64,000 bases of DNA from Raja brachyura (GCA_963514005.1 OY740783.1:104284001-104348000); one strand, 5' to 3'. Counted from the stretch's first letter, positions 37,355-50,828 are shown. The notes: generated by a model from the letters alone, not told the origin. Numbers and translations: made by a program.

Positions 37355-37700
37355 GGCACACAGAGAGGGACATGGAAGCACATAGAGAGGGTCACAGAGG
37401 CACACACAGAGAGGGTCACGGAGCCACATAGAGAGGGTCACACAGAGAGGGTCACGGAGACACGACGTCGAGGTGGTGCGCAAAGTGTCGATGCAGCTGC
37501 GGGCCGACAGGCCATTGCCACGCAGAATTTATGAACATGGTCAGTTTTTCGGAGCCCCGCGCGATATCGGGACCAGCTTCGCACAACTCCATATGGCTCC
37601 GGCGATTGAAGTAGGACTGGCCCCGCGAGGCCAGATGGCTCAAGCGACCACGTTAGGTCGCGCTCACCGCATGGAGTCGCATGCTGGTGGGATAGGCGCT
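37355..37700 (-). mobile_element. Family B MITE, left half, inverted relative to 23948-24517
   Basis: Reverse complement of 23948-24280; ends GGGATAGGCGCT followed by TAA. Confidence 0.85.
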
Positions 37701-38409
37701 TAAGTGATTTCATTCCATGGGAGACTTTGATCTTTGGGAAAAAACAATTGGAAGTGGTTTAGGAATGTGCTATTGTAACCATAATAGTCACAAAGTTTAG
37801 ATTTTACATTGAACATAACAGTGACAGGAGGAGCCAGAATCTACACATTTAGGGTTAACACCAATGGACTGATATATCACCCAGCTGAGAGTTTACTTTG
37901 CCGCAGTTGGATCATTTCTGTCAGTCTTCCTCCCCTGTGATCTTCCATGGTCTAATAAAACATGTTCTCATTGAAGCTTTAGCAGCATTGTGTATTACTG
38001 AAGACCATTTGACAAGTGGCAAAGAAGGACAAGAGGCTGCCACTGTCATTGGGAAGCTCTATGGTTGTGGTCTCCTCTCAACCTGCTCGGAGAGCTGTAA
38101 TCCCGTTGCAAGGCCAAGCTGGAGAGCATGATGGGGGAAACTGCACCATCGCAGGGTGGGTGGCTGTGAGGATGGAACAGCTCATCCGTCACCACCGGGT
38201 GTCCTGTGTAGAAGAGATTTGGCAGCTTTATTTACAGGGCAATGAAAATTCAGAAAAAAAGGAGATACTCTAAATCTGAAATAACATTTGTGGAGAAACT
38301 CAGTTTGAAGGACATCCATAAATACTGTCACAGATTTGTGAATTACAAGGTTGAAATGAATTGCAGGACTGTTAAAGATCACCATGTAGCCACATCATTG
38401 ATATAATCC

Positions 38410-38785
38410 CCCTTTTCCCCCCTCCCCTCTCCTCCCTCCCCTCTCTTCCCTTGTGCTCCACCTCGAATCCCACCTATTTCTCCCCTTTTCCCCCAACCAC
38501 CACGTTCTTCTTTCTAACTTTATAATTCACAACTCTTCAATCCTCTCACACCTTCTGCTTTCATCTCTGGCCTTTGTTGGTACCATCTGCCTCTCAAACT
38601 ACCCCTCCCCTGCGTTCACCCATTACCTGCCATGCTTTGTCCTGCCTCTCCCCTCTTCCAGCTTTCTTCTCTCCCTCCCCCTGCAATCAGCCCAAAAAAG
38701 GGTCTTGTCCCGAAATGTCCCCAATCCATGTTCTCCATGGATGCTGCCTGACCTGCTGAGTTACTCCAGCACTGTGTCTTTTTGT
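38410..38785 (+). mobile_element. Penelope 3' region and terminal repeat
   Basis: Pyrimidine-rich tract, degenerate hammerhead core (38690-38720) and GATGCTGCCTGACCTGCTGAGTTACTCCAGC. Confidence 0.65.
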
Positions 38786-38848
38786 GGGTGTTTTAATGTT
38801 AGTCAGTGATTTATTTTAGCAGACATAAAGATACCAGTAGATGCCGTT

Positions 38849-41800
38849 AATAGTAAGATTAAATGGGAACTTATCAGTTTGAAGATTGATCTTGATTTTA
38901 TGAGGAGTTACATTGGTAATTACGTGAAGAACACCACCAGTGCACATGCGCGTCAATCTTCAAAGCAGCAGTATGAAATCACAAATAACAATTACCAAAG
39001 TGACATGGTAAGATGCGTGACTCGAGAACTACCAGATGACCTTTATGAGAGAGGGTTGGGCGTGGAGGGCACGTAATCATAAACGTAACGCCTCATAAAA
39101 TCAAGATCAAACTTCAAACTGGTAAGTTCTCGTTTAATCTTACTATTTTACTTCGGAGTCACGTGAGTGATTCCGTGAAGGGTTCGAAGCTTTGTGATTT
39201 CATGCCGCAGATCCATATCTTGGCGTCTCACTGCATTGATTGATTAAGGATGAGTGAATAATCAAAAAATGCATTAAGCATGATATTGATTCAAATGTAT
39301 TAATGGTTTATGTTAATAAAGAAATCAATAGCAACCCCTGTATTTCAGGGGAGGCTAAAGTGGACGCAAAACAGAATGGGCAAAAAACCCCGTGTCAGTA
39401 ACCGGCCAATGGTACATTTGTTTTTATTATTAAAAAAAAAAAATCAATTCAGTTGACCGACTTGCAGTCGCGAGGATATGGTCGATGGGAATGTCCATTG
39501 CCCTGGCCGCTGACGTTGATGCTGCCCTGGTGGAATGATGTATACAATCATCATACCTGCAAAACCCAGAACCTGCTGCAGCCACCTTGAAATAGTTTGA
39601 ACCGACCTTCCCATTTGTGGTCATTTGTCGATTAATAAACAATGCTGATTCCACACTTCTTATGATTCTGATGGCCTTGAAATAATATAGCAAGCCTGCC
39701 CTCCCACATAGACGTGAAACCGTGGGGTATCCAAAAAATGTTCTTAAATCCTGCCACCCCTGGTCTGCTCTGCTTGTGTAGATCAGAATGTAAAATGTAA
39801 TGGCACCTGCAGCCAATTCCATCCTATCTAGCCACAGCGTTTGCAATGTTTGCCCTCGTTGTGCTGATATTAGTGTCATGACTATGGATGTAGCTGGAAC
39901 CCCCTGGTGAAGTAATGTTAACACATTTTCAATATTCAAACTGCATATTCTTGTAATGGGAGAACTTGTGTCAAGATCTCTTTTACAACTCGATATCCAG
40001 GGTTGAACCCAACAGAGTGGTTCCCGTTTGTTGCAGCTGTAGTGGCTCTATAACTGAATTATTATCAAATATCATTTAAGAATGAACTGGAAGACGTCAG
40101 TAATCTGTATCGTATTAAATGTAACATTAACATTTAAACAAAACCGCTTCCGATCCCCTCAATAGGAATGTACTGCTTTTTTGGGTGCTATCCCTGCACT
40201 CTGTAGTGAGCACATCCATGGCTTGATGTGACGACCTGAGCCGTAAGTCAATCCATTCAGAATGTGTAAGTCAATAATTGTTTTATTATGCAGAGGCCGG
40301 TTTCCTGAACCACAGTTTGAACCAGCAAAGTTTTTGTTTCTTAGAATAACTGTATACCGTTGTATTATTATGCCTGATGAAAGCAGGCAACATGGCTGCT
40401 TAGCCAGTCCAACAGTACGAACCTAAAGTGAGGTCTTGCTGACTGTTTCAAGACCTGACTAATGAGGCAAAATGAAGGAAGACCTAAAGAACATTCCTCC
40501 TTTTGTAGTGAGAATGTATTTCTCCGCACTGTTGTGCCACATATTTTTGCAATCGGTGAATAAACATGAAACCAACAAATCGATATTTGTTGTACCATAC
40601 TTTCATAATAATTCACAATACCTATTCTGTGTTGTCATCAATCTGACAAAGGAGATTAAATCTCTAAAGCAGATTAGGTAAATTATTACAGGATACATTT
40701 ACTTGATTGGTATGTGACTAACATATGCCACCACCGTAGTGTAACAACTTGAAGTTGAGCATGTAGAATATGTATATTCGCTCAATAGCCCCTTACCCAT
40801 GGGGTGCATCTAGTGTATATATTTAATTGATACCAACAACTGAAGAATTGGTAACTCATGCAAATCTCCACTACCTCCAACTAGAGATGGTATTCGGAAC
40901 TTCTCACCTTAGAGCCCTTAGCATCAGTTTGTAATAACTGAATTCGACCAACCAAACTACTGGAGCAATGCTGAGTACTGTTTGTTCATCATTGTGACTG
41001 AGGTAGCTTCAGGTGATAATAGCATAAGGTTGTTAGCAATGGTCTACATGTCCTTTGAGAGGTCGCTACTTTGCACGATAACAGTTCCTTGATTTGCTCA
41101 GCTGAATCACAGCTACTATATTGCCAACTATTCTTGATGAAATAAAAGTCAGTTTTATAACAGGTTGCTATTAACTCCAATCTCTTGCCACAGAGCGGAG
41201 TCATAGGCTAATTAATAGTTAAAGGTAAATCCCGATGACCAACAAACAGTTTATCCCATTTGGCAATGTTTTACTGTTATTAGTACAGTTATATTGTCTT
41301 TGATAACCTCTGTAATGGGAACTGCATAGAATGGATCTTTGAGACCCTTATGAATCTGTTGCTAGTCAGGAAAATAAGTTTTCATATTCGGAAAGTTCAT
41401 ATGCCCGACACTCTCCATTTTTCATAATAAACAGGCCACTCCTGCCTTATTCCATGGGTGCTTTGCATGAGAACTCTGGCCCGATTTCTGAACGTTATCT
41501 TCAAAGACAACCCTGACCATAATCCAAACTTGCTTGAAATGCTAGTACTGTGCCTCTAAGCAGATGTTTTTATCCTTTGTGTGTTGTACAAACAAGTGTA
41601 AATATTACAACTTGTGAGTGGTGCACTTACCCATGTTTCGGAAGTGCCAGACCCACTTTGTTGAGTATGGTTGGTAGTGTGCGTGGAACTTTTGCCCAGC
41701 TGTCATGCTGCCCCCAGCTCCAGTGAACTGCCTACTGCCGATGAGCGCCTGGGGTGCATTCTGAAATGACGAACCTTTGCCCACCGTTGGCCTTAATTGA

Positions 41801-42879
41801 TTCATCTGCCAGGTTTTCTCCCCTGTTGAATAGGCCTTACCTGAATAACAGATTCGGCGGCTGGCTCTCACATCCCCCCCCGTTGGCGCTGTTCACTGCC
41901 GGCACATATGTGCTCTAGTATGTTCCATCAACCTCTTTAGAGCCTGGAGTCAATATGTCTTGATCTTTCGCACTCCCCTCCTCAGAGAGGGAAATTCATA
42001 GGCAGCCATAAATAGGCGCTGCCGCAGGAAACCTGCTATGACCCCATTGGACCCGAATGGAACATTCTGCTGGGGTGGTAGCTTTGTTGTCAGGAAAAGG
42101 TACCTCTGACACGTGCCCTTCATCCCTTGGGGTGTGCCCCACGGCCATACCCTGAGACTCGGCGTCAGCAGGACACTGACCTGTCTTGGTCTCTGCCTCC
42201 GAGAGGGAGACCTGAAGCAGCTCTGTCAACTGGCGCTGCTGGTATGGCCTGAAGAGATGGAACATCTGGCTCAACCTTAACATCAGAGCCGGGGTCAGAG
42301 TTAAGATGACCCATGGCACGCGCCTCATCATCCATGAGGCTGCTATCAAGCAGCTCTCTACTAGGTGCTGCTGGCACCTTTTGTTCAGGGTGGCACTGAC
42401 ACTCCTCCTGCTGGCGTGTGCCCTGCTGTAGCACTGTATGCAATAGTTGCTGCATTTGGGATAGTCGTTTCAAGTGAACTATCCAGGCACTGTCAGCAAC
42501 TCTGGCGTTACTTACGTGCCACTCCACGGCATCCCCGCAGGCTGGAAGCCACTGACTGCCTTGTCAGCAGCTGCTTTTCTCACAACCCGATCTTTTGCCG
42601 TTTATCCGCTTTCGCGGTCAGGCCGGGGTTTCCCCACAGTCCATAACCGGCTCACTCATCGGCCTGTGAAACTGGCAGGAAAACCTCTGTGAAGAGAGAC
42701 TCCTGCTTGAAAAAAACCCCAGGTAAGTAAAAACAAACTTACCTTCTAGGTTTAACTTACCACCGGCAGGAGCGCTGCCCTGCCAGTCTGGTGCTTGCGC
42801 CAATGTGGCTGATGTACTGACCCGCATGCGCAGTGGCGGGGTTCTTCACGGAATCACTCACGTCACTCCGAAGTAAAAT
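38849..42879 (-). mobile_element. DIRS1-type tyrosine-recombinase retrotransposon, copy 1 (strongly degraded)
   Basis: Termini homologous to copy 2; short ITR (38922-38956 versus 42818-42851); internal complementary region at about 39080-39180; YR motifs SAQRGQTL and HSTRAASTS; ATT at both junctions. Confidence 0.9.
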
Positions 42880-43171
42880 CAATGATAATTTTCAGGGGTG
42901 CTGGTATGCTGTACCAGAGCGACCATTACAAAAGAATTTTAGAATAATCCAACCTGGTTATACTAATCCAAATCATTGCCAGTGCTCGTTAGCAAAGGAC
43001 ATGTAATGTTCCCATTCAGGCTTTAATGTTGTTGATTGTTAATTGCTCTTTAATTTGAACTAGCAAGTCATTCAGGACTGCCGTTGCTACCTTTCTAATG
43101 TTAATTAGGAAAAAGCAATAAATCCCTGAATACCCATATCCCAAGTATAACCAAAAAAAATCACAAGTAGA

Positions 43172-43205
43172 AGTCTGAAGAAGGGTCTCGACCCGAAACG
43201 TCACT
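43172..43205 (+). ncRNA. Minimal type I hammerhead ribozyme-like motif of a Penelope terminal repeat (best-preserved + strand copy)
   Basis: AGU-CUGAAGA-A-GGGUC-UC-GACCC-GAAAC-GUC-ACU: both catalytic boxes, 5-bp stem II, palindromic ACGU in place of stem III, 3-bp stem I. Confidence 0.65.
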
Positions 43206-43329
43206 CGTTCCTTCTATCCACAGATGTTTCATGTCCCGCTGTGTTACTCCAGCATTTTGTGTCAATCTTCAATGAAATCTAAATTGGTTATCGAACAAGG
43301 CAGTCAGCAGTATTATGCATAATGTTCTG

Positions 43330-44050
43330 TGTGAGAAGGAACTGCAGAACCTGGTTTAAACCGAAGATAGACACAAAAAAGTGGAGTAACTCAGCGGGAC
43401 AGGCAGCATCTCTGGAGAGAAGGAATGGGTGACGTTTTGGGTGAGACCCTTCTTCAGACTGTTTAGGGATCAGGGAAACAAAAGATATAGGAGGTGATGT
43501 GGAGAGATAAAAAAACAATGAATGTAAGATATGCAAAAAGGTTGAGATGATAAAGGAAACAGGCCACTGTAAGCTGTTTGTAGGGTGAAAATGAGAAGCT
43601 AGTGTGACGGGTGGGGGAGGGATAGAGAGAGAGGGAATACCGGGGCTACCTGAAGTGAGAGAAATCAATATTCATACCACTAGGCTGTAAGCTGCCAAAC
43701 AAAATATGAGATGCTGTTCCTCCAATTTGCACTTAGCCTCACTCTGACAATGGAATAGGCAGAGGACAGGAATGACTGTGTAGGAATGGGCAGGAGAATT
43801 AAAGTGTCCAGCAACCAGGAGATCAGGTTGGTTCACTAGGGCTGAGCGAAGGTGTTCCACAAAATGATCACCCATGACGCTTGGTCTCACCGATGTATAA
43901 AAGTGCACATCTTGAACAACGGACACAGTAGATGAGGTTGGTGAAGGTGTAAGTGAACCTCTGCCTAACCGGAAAGGACTGTTGAGGACCCATTCCTTCT
44001 CTCCAGAGATGCTGCCTGTCCCGCAGTGCTACTCCAGCTTTTTGTCTATA
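43330..44050 (-). mobile_element. Penelope-like element 3' part with an inverted partial terminal repeat at its truncated 5' end (43988-44050)
   Basis: QRFTYTFTNLIYCVRCSRCALLYIGETKR, HFVEHLRS, HFNS, KLEEQHLIF. Confidence 0.9.
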
Positions 44051-44121
44051 AATGTTCTTCCTGGAATCCTTAGATTTTGCTTTACTGTATGCAAGTGTAC
44101 TCCTCATGTCAGAGGGAGTTA

Positions 44122-44270
44122 AGGGCCTGTCCCACTTAGGAGATTTTTCAATGGACTGCCGGCGACTGTCAAATTTGCGGCACTCGCCGGAAAAACCGGG
44201 AACTGGAACGGCGACGGTCAGAGTGGAACACACACAAATACATCGCAAAGGCGGGGGCCGGGGAAAGCCC
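44122..44270. mobile_element. Family A MITE left-end fragment
   Basis: TTA followed by AGGGCCTGTCCCACTTAGG, matching 23315-23440. Confidence 0.8.
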
Positions 44271-44911
44271 GTTAATTTGAAAATGTAAATATCCTTGTTG
44301 AAACATAAAATTAAGTGAAACGTATTAAGTGAAACATAGTGTTGGAAAAATGTTTGGCAATACCAAGTGATCTGTACTTTGCACTTAAAACTTATTTCAT
44401 ATGCATTAAAATTTCAAATTATTATCCTCAGAAAATCTGATAGATTCAAAGGAGAGAATCAGACAGATAACAAGTTCCATGTTTCATAAGATGTTTGATG
44501 GAAGACAGGATAAAAGGAAGAATTAGTGGTGTCCTTTCATGTCGGTAACCTATCTTTGAATACAGTACAACTGAGTGCACCTACAATAAATGACTGGACA
44601 AAATCAAACCAGTTTTTGATAGTTCAGCTTTTACCATTAAACCATCTGTGGTTATCATCGCTTTGAGAATTGCTGGAGGGATTACTCTTTATCTCCAGCT
44701 TGAGTTGGACTCTGTGTAATGCAATTATTTGAGTCCTTGGGTGATAAAAACCTGTGATTTTTTTACTAATCCATTTCATGTTAACTCATGCTGGGATCTA
44801 CTCTTTAAAACTGTTGGTACCACTTCTATAATGTGTATTGTTGGACCTGATTCCATTACATTATTCTTCAACCTTGTCTTAGCCTATCTGGAGCTGTGCC
44901 ATCCAGGTTAA

Positions 44912-45348
44912 GACCATAGGACATAGGAGAAGAATTAGTCCATTCAACCCATCGAGTCTACTCTGCCATTCGATCATGGCTGATCTATATTTCCTTCTCA
45001 ACCCTATTCTCCTGCCTTATCCCTGTAATCCTTGATGCCCATAATCAACTAAGGTTTAATCATTCCAATATTTTTCTGGATATTTTCCCTCCCCTAGCCC
45101 CCATTACTTTGTTCAAACTAAATCTGTGGAATTCACTGCCACAGACAGCCATGGAGGACAATTCACTGGATGTTTTCAAGACGGACACAGTAGCTTTAAC
45201 CCTTAGGGCTAATGGAATCAAGGGGTATGGGGGAAAAAGTGGGAATGAGGTACTGATTTTAGATGTTCAGCCATGATTATATTGAATGGCGGTGCTGGCT
45301 CAAAGGCATACTCCTGCAACTATTTTCTATGTTTCTACATTTCTATAT
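44912..45348. mobile_element. Two CR1 3' tails (minus at 44912-45050, plus at 45120-45348)
   Basis: 3' UTR homology; TTCTATGT tail. Confidence 0.7.
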
Positions 45349-45509
45349 TACCTTCGGATTTAATTCCATTATGTCTCCGCTCACTGTCTAATACTAAGTC
45401 TCTGTCTGGCATTGACTAAAGATTCCCATCCTGACATCCAAATCCCGCCATGGCTTCACACTTCCCTGCCTCTGCAATCTCCTCCAGTTCCAGGTTGTGA
45501 CAAATGTGC

Positions 45510-45812
45510 AGCTACTGATGCCTCACAGTTCCAGTGAGCTAGACCAAATCCGATCGCTGGTGCAGTCTGCGTGGAGTTTGCACGGTCCCTTGGTGACTAC
45601 GTGGGCTTACAATTACCTCCCACATCTCAAAGGCCTGAAGCCTGTTTGATTATTTGACCAGAGTAAATTGCCGCTGGTGTATGGGTGACTAGTAGACTCC
45701 GACAGGAGTTGATGGGAGTGTGGGAAGAATAACGTGGTATTTCTGTAAACAGTGGTAGATGCTTGGTGCAGACTCAGTGGGACTAAGGACTGTTTCTCTG
45801 CACTGTGATTCT
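45510..45812 (+). mobile_element. Old HE1-like SINE
   Basis: GCCTCACAG..GTGGAGTTTGCACG core and CTGTTTCTCTGCACTGT tail. Confidence 0.6.
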
Positions 45813-46344
45813 GACAACATGACATTAACTTTTTGAGATGTCAACATCTCAGATTTATTTTCTACAGCACAAACTTTAATAACTCCATCTAGGGCAGCTT
45901 TGCCTTAAGTTGCCTGGGCCATAAACCCTCTCCCATTACTGGACCAGTTACCATTTATCCAATAAATGCATGTACAATGTGCTAATAAAGCTGAGTGCAA
46001 TCATGAATTACATCTCATTAATCAATTGATCCATATGTGCTAAAATATATCATTTTGTGAAGGTTGTGAAATCTGTACCAGTGAGCGGAAGCAGGAAATT
46101 GTGGTTTAATGACAGTAAAACTATCATTTTTCAACCCTTAATACACTGTGAAATCGAGAGCAGTTTCCGGAGTGCATAAATGTACAGCTCTGTGCAGGCA
46201 TGCACAAGCCGCTATCTGTAATTCCCCACTCCTTCGAGGGGTGCACCCTGTCCAACGTAATCTGAGGCGGATCTATTAGAAATATGATAGAAATTCTTCA
46301 CAAGATATGGGGGAAACTAAACAAGTCATATTGTTGCATCAGGG

Positions 46345-46655
46345 ATAGACACAAGATGCTGGAGTAACTCAGGCAGCAAGATATTGCCGGTCCCGCTGAG
46401 TTACTCCTTTTCACCCTTTAAACATTTTCATCCTACAAACAGCTTACATTGGCCTGTTTCCTTTATCATCGTTACTTTTTTCCATATCTTTCATTCATTG
46501 TTCTTTATCTCTCCACATCACCATGAAACATCATCCATACCTCCTCTCCAGAGATGCTGCCTATCCCACTGGGTTACTCCAGCTTTTTGTGTCCAACTCC
46601 AGCATTTTGTATCTATCTTTGGTTTAAACCAGCATCTGCAGTTCCTTTATACACA
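46345..46655. mobile_element. Rearranged Penelope terminal-repeat fragments
   Basis: GCTGGAGTAACTCAG, CTGAGTTACTCC and AAACCAGCATCTGCAGTTCC; bracketed by a direct repeat GTTGCATCAGGG (46333-46344 and 46658-46669). Confidence 0.7.
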
Positions 46656-47239
46656 TAGTTGCATCAGGGTATTGCTCTGTGCCTCTGAAATTTACTCCAC
46701 ACTCAGTGGAATGAATTTTGGAAGCATATTACAGCACAATTACACAACTATATTGTGATCATGTAACTAGCAAATGGTGAAGAATTTCTAGGTAAAGGTA
46801 TTTATAAAATATTCCTTCTATGTCCTCAAAATATATTGTTATTCTGTACAAGGTGCGAGTGGAAATGCTGTGCTAATCTATAATTATTGCTAATAAACTC
46901 AAAGGCTTGAAAAATGTGCAAAATGTAGCAGATATTAAAACAATAAAACAATGTCTTGAAAGGGCTTAAGAGTGGCATGTCACGTTCTGTCTCAAAGTTA
47001 AGTGCATCTACTAATCTTTATTTAGTGGTCTATTGAATCTTTATAATTTTTGGTTGAAAATTGTGCTTTTTATTTTCTGGCTTGTCGTCTGTGGATTTTT
47101 CGATGTAATTGATTGGTCAGTCATAATTACCGAATGTCAGGTATCCTTTTGAACTGAGAGCAACAAAAAAGGGAAGTTTTCACTACTACAAGGCTGCTAC
47201 GTCTTTGTGAAGAGCTTCTTTATGGACATCGTTGAGTAG

Positions 47240-47535
47240 GGCGGCATGGTAGCACAGCAGTAGAGTTCCTGCCGCTCAGCACTGCCAGAGACATGGGTTC
47301 TATCCCGAAGGTGCTGTCTGTACAGATTTTGTACGTTCTCCCCATGACCGTATGCGTTTTCTCCGAGAGCTTTGGTTTCCTCCCACACTCCAAAGTTTGT
47401 AGGTTAATTGGTTTGGTATAAATGTAAATTGTCCCTAGTGTGTATAGGATAGTATTTATGTGTGAGTGTCACTGGTCAGTGCAGACTCGATGGGCCGAAA
47501 AGCCTGTTTCCATGCTGTATCTCTACACTAAACTA
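47240..47535 (+). mobile_element. HE1-like SINE, full length
   Basis: A box TAGCACAGCAG, B box GGTTCTATCC, CR1-derived tail ending CTAAACTA. Confidence 0.85.
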
Positions 47536-48509
47536 TAAGAATTTTCTCTCCACATATCTCAGACCACAACAACAATTCTTATTTCTACTCTTCAACCATG
47601 CCCTCACTTAGTTGGAAAGATAGGCATTTAAGCATGCCTGTCTCAACTGAGAGAAGGCTCACTCCAGTTATTTTGTCTTCCCTCAGAGGAGTCAGCCTCA
47701 ATACATCAGTACCTAGAACAACAGCGTGGACGACACAACAAATGCAGCAGTGTGCAATAATTCAAGATGTTTCCTGTGGGTGTCCCGTGATGTTCCAATA
47801 TGTAAATTGTAAGTAAAAAGTTTAATATATGAATCAAATTATTGATTCACTTGGTATAATCTGCCAGCCTTTGCATCTCACACTGTCCTACGTAATGACA
47901 TAATTTATTTCATAGGGTTCAGTCTACAATGTAGTCATGCCTCCAGCAAGAATTTATTCGTCAAGTTGAACTGACAAGAAAATTGACTGAAATTCCTACC
48001 CCAAGATGCAATGTTGGTGCTGAACTTCTAAATTGACTGAGAGCTGATTAGGAAATCATTAAGGAATTAATTGTGGAAACATCAACCTTTCTTTGGTGTG
48101 ACATCATCGCTAAGGTGAATCACCTCACCATTAAAAAAGATGGCTCAAGTACAGCTAGCGCTGCCCTTAACATCTAGTGAATTCTGTCCAAAATCCACAA
48201 GAAGCAATGTTTAGAAGCTGAAACACTCAGCACGTCAATCAGCATCAGTGGAGAGAAACAGAGTTTACGTTTAGGGAAGAAAGCCCTTCACGAGAAAAGA
48301 GAGAAAATAAATTGGTTTCAACCTGCAGAAAGTGTGGGAGAGAAATAAGTCAGACAAAGGTAATGTCACTGACTATTTGGATATAAGCTGTAAATTATGC
48401 TATCTGGATGATGGGTTAATGGGGGAGGGGGTGGGGTTGGGGAGTTAGTGAGAGAGAACTTGAAGAACTTGAAGAAAGTTAGAGACTGTGACTACAAACA
48501 AAGTTGCAA

Positions 48510-49460
48510 ACTATGGTTAGGAAGGAACCTCAGTTGCTGGTTTAAACTGAAGATAGACAAAATATGCTGGAGAAACTCAGCGGGATGGGCAGCATATCTG
48601 GAGAGAAGGAAATTTCTTCTCCCACTTCTCCCATTGAGTTAGTCCAGCATGTTGTGTCTATCTTCGTTGCAAACTATCGGGCGGCAATATGGTGCCAAAG
48701 AATGCAGTGGAGCAGTAAAATGGAAACACAACATTGGCAAGTTCATGTTCAGAGGAGCATGGGAGCAGAATTATGCCATTTGGACCATTAAATCTAGTCT
48801 GCCATTCAATTATGGCTGATCTATCATGGCAAGATCTGACATGTGCTCTGTCCACCAAGGCCTGCTGGAGTTCCTGGTTAATAACCATTTTAACTCTCAT
48901 CCCCATTGCCATACGGACCTCTTTAAGCCTTGGCCTCCTCCATTACAGAGTGAGGCAGCACACAGTGAGGCTGCCTTGCATCCACTTGTCAGGTCATGTC
49001 CCATTCCCAACTCTATCTTCCAGCTTTCTTCTCTCCTACTCATCAGACTGAAAAAGGGCCCTGTCCCGAGATGTCATCCGTCCATTGCCTCTACAGATAT
49101 GGCCTGACCTGCTGAGTTGCTCCAGACGTTTGTGTTTCTTTGCACAGGACTGCAAAGCTTGACCAGTAGATTAAGCTGTGGTAATAGAGAGAGAAATATC
49201 ACACATGAACTGACATACGCAAAGACTGATAGAGTAAGTGAGTTCCCTGAATTTATAGACTTGTGCATTGAGTACTGAATATCGCAATGTGTCCGGAAAA
49301 TAGATAGGTGCTGTTCCTTAACTTTACTTTGGGCTTTGCTATAACAGTTCCTAGGAAATAAAAAAAAGGTCAGAGCGGGAATATGACAGGTAATTAAAAC
49401 GGGAACCAAAGGAAGACCCTGTGAATAGAACACCGGTCGGTGCTCACATTCACCCAAACA
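48510..49460. mobile_element. Mosaic of Penelope fragments in both orientations
   Basis: HFNSH..LGLLH..SEA remnant, degenerate hammerhead at 49048-49076, reverse KVKEQHL remnant. Confidence 0.6.
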
Positions 49461-49574
49461 ATGTTTATTTTCTCTAATAAAAAGATGACTGTGGGAAATT
49501 GCACCTCAGAGTACAAACAACCTTAAATGATTTACTGTAATGGAAAGATTGAAATGTAACAATTTGGATTCTGT

Positions 49575-49900
49575 TGCAGCTTTCATATGCCTTTCAGGAC
49601 AGTGCAGAGCCCATTACAGTTAATGAAGTGTTCTTGATGTGTTGTCGCTGTTGTAATGTAGGAAATATGACAGTCAATTTCCCATAAACACCCAAGTGCT
49701 AATTACCAGATAATCTAATTCAGTGACAACACTTAAGGGATAAACATTATCCAGGAAACCAGGGATCATACTACTGTCCTTCAGAATAGTGCTGATGTGA
49801 CAGAGCAAATGGGGTCTAGCTTTAACACACCATATGAAATACATGATTGAAGCATTGGCAAATATCTGCCCAGACTCTCTGAAGTGAGAGCAGAACCCAC
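49575..49900 (-). mobile_element. Ancient Deu-domain SINE
   Basis: AATGAAGT..CTGTTGTAATGTAGGAAA..ACCAGATAATCT..AGGGATAAA..CCAGGA.ACCAGGG..AATAGTGC. Confidence 0.6.
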
Positions 49901-50411
49901 AGATTTTTAAATTAGAAAATGATGATGATAACTAAGCAGCAGCTGGCTTGTGGTAGAAATCAACACTTCAGTCGAAGAGACTCAGTACAAATGTCAGGGT
50001 GAAGCAGAAAGCAAACAACTTTGGTTTTGAAGCCTCATTAAAATTAGTTCATCTTTTTTGTGATATGCAATGATAAATAGGAGGGATGAAGCAGGAATCC
50101 AAATAATGTTCCCGATGAAAGATCAATGTCGCTTTCTGATGTAGGTGTTGTTTGATAAGAGTCTTTTATTTAGTTTTTCTTTTCAGAAGTCCAACACCCT
50201 CCAAATGTCTGTACCACAATGATGTTTTGTTTTCTAAAGGCAATCAAGGTAGAGTACAAAGAGTTTTACTGTGCACTGTGAACAGCTAGATTTTAATCAT
50301 GTATAGTCTTTTCACTGACTGTATAGCATGTAAACAAAAACTTTTCATTGTACCTTGATATCCATGACAATAATAAACTAAACCAAACTAAACTAAAATA
50401 TCCAAAACAAA

Positions 50412-50828
50412 TGAGTAGGCTATGATGAGCATTTGTCAGCACTGGGCCTGTACTCACTGGAGTTCAGAAGAATGAGGGGGGACCTCATTGAAACATACAG
50501 AATAGTGAAAGTCTTGAATAGAGTGGAGGTGGAGAGGATGTTTCCACTGGTGGGAATTAAAGGACGTTCTTTTAGGAAGGAACTGGGGAGAAATGTATTT
50601 AATCAGAGGGTGGTGAATCTGCGGATGTCCTTGCCACAGAAGGTTGGGGAGGCCGTCAGTGGATAATTTTAAGACAGAGATAGATAGATTCTTGATTGAG
50701 GGTGTCAGAGGTTATGGGGAGAAGGCAGGAGAATGGGGTTAGGAAGGAGAGATAGATCAGCCATGATTGAATGGCAGAGTAGACGATGGGCCGAATGGCC
50801 TAATTCTACTCTCATCTGATCTCATGAT
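50412..50828 (+). mobile_element. CR1 3' end
   Basis: LGLYSLEFRRMRGDLIETY..FNQRVVNL plus 3' UTR. Confidence 0.9.

Noticed and set aside
47240-47320. tRNA gene
   Set aside because: The A/B boxes belong to a SINE head; there is no cloverleaf and the sequence continues into SINE body and tail.
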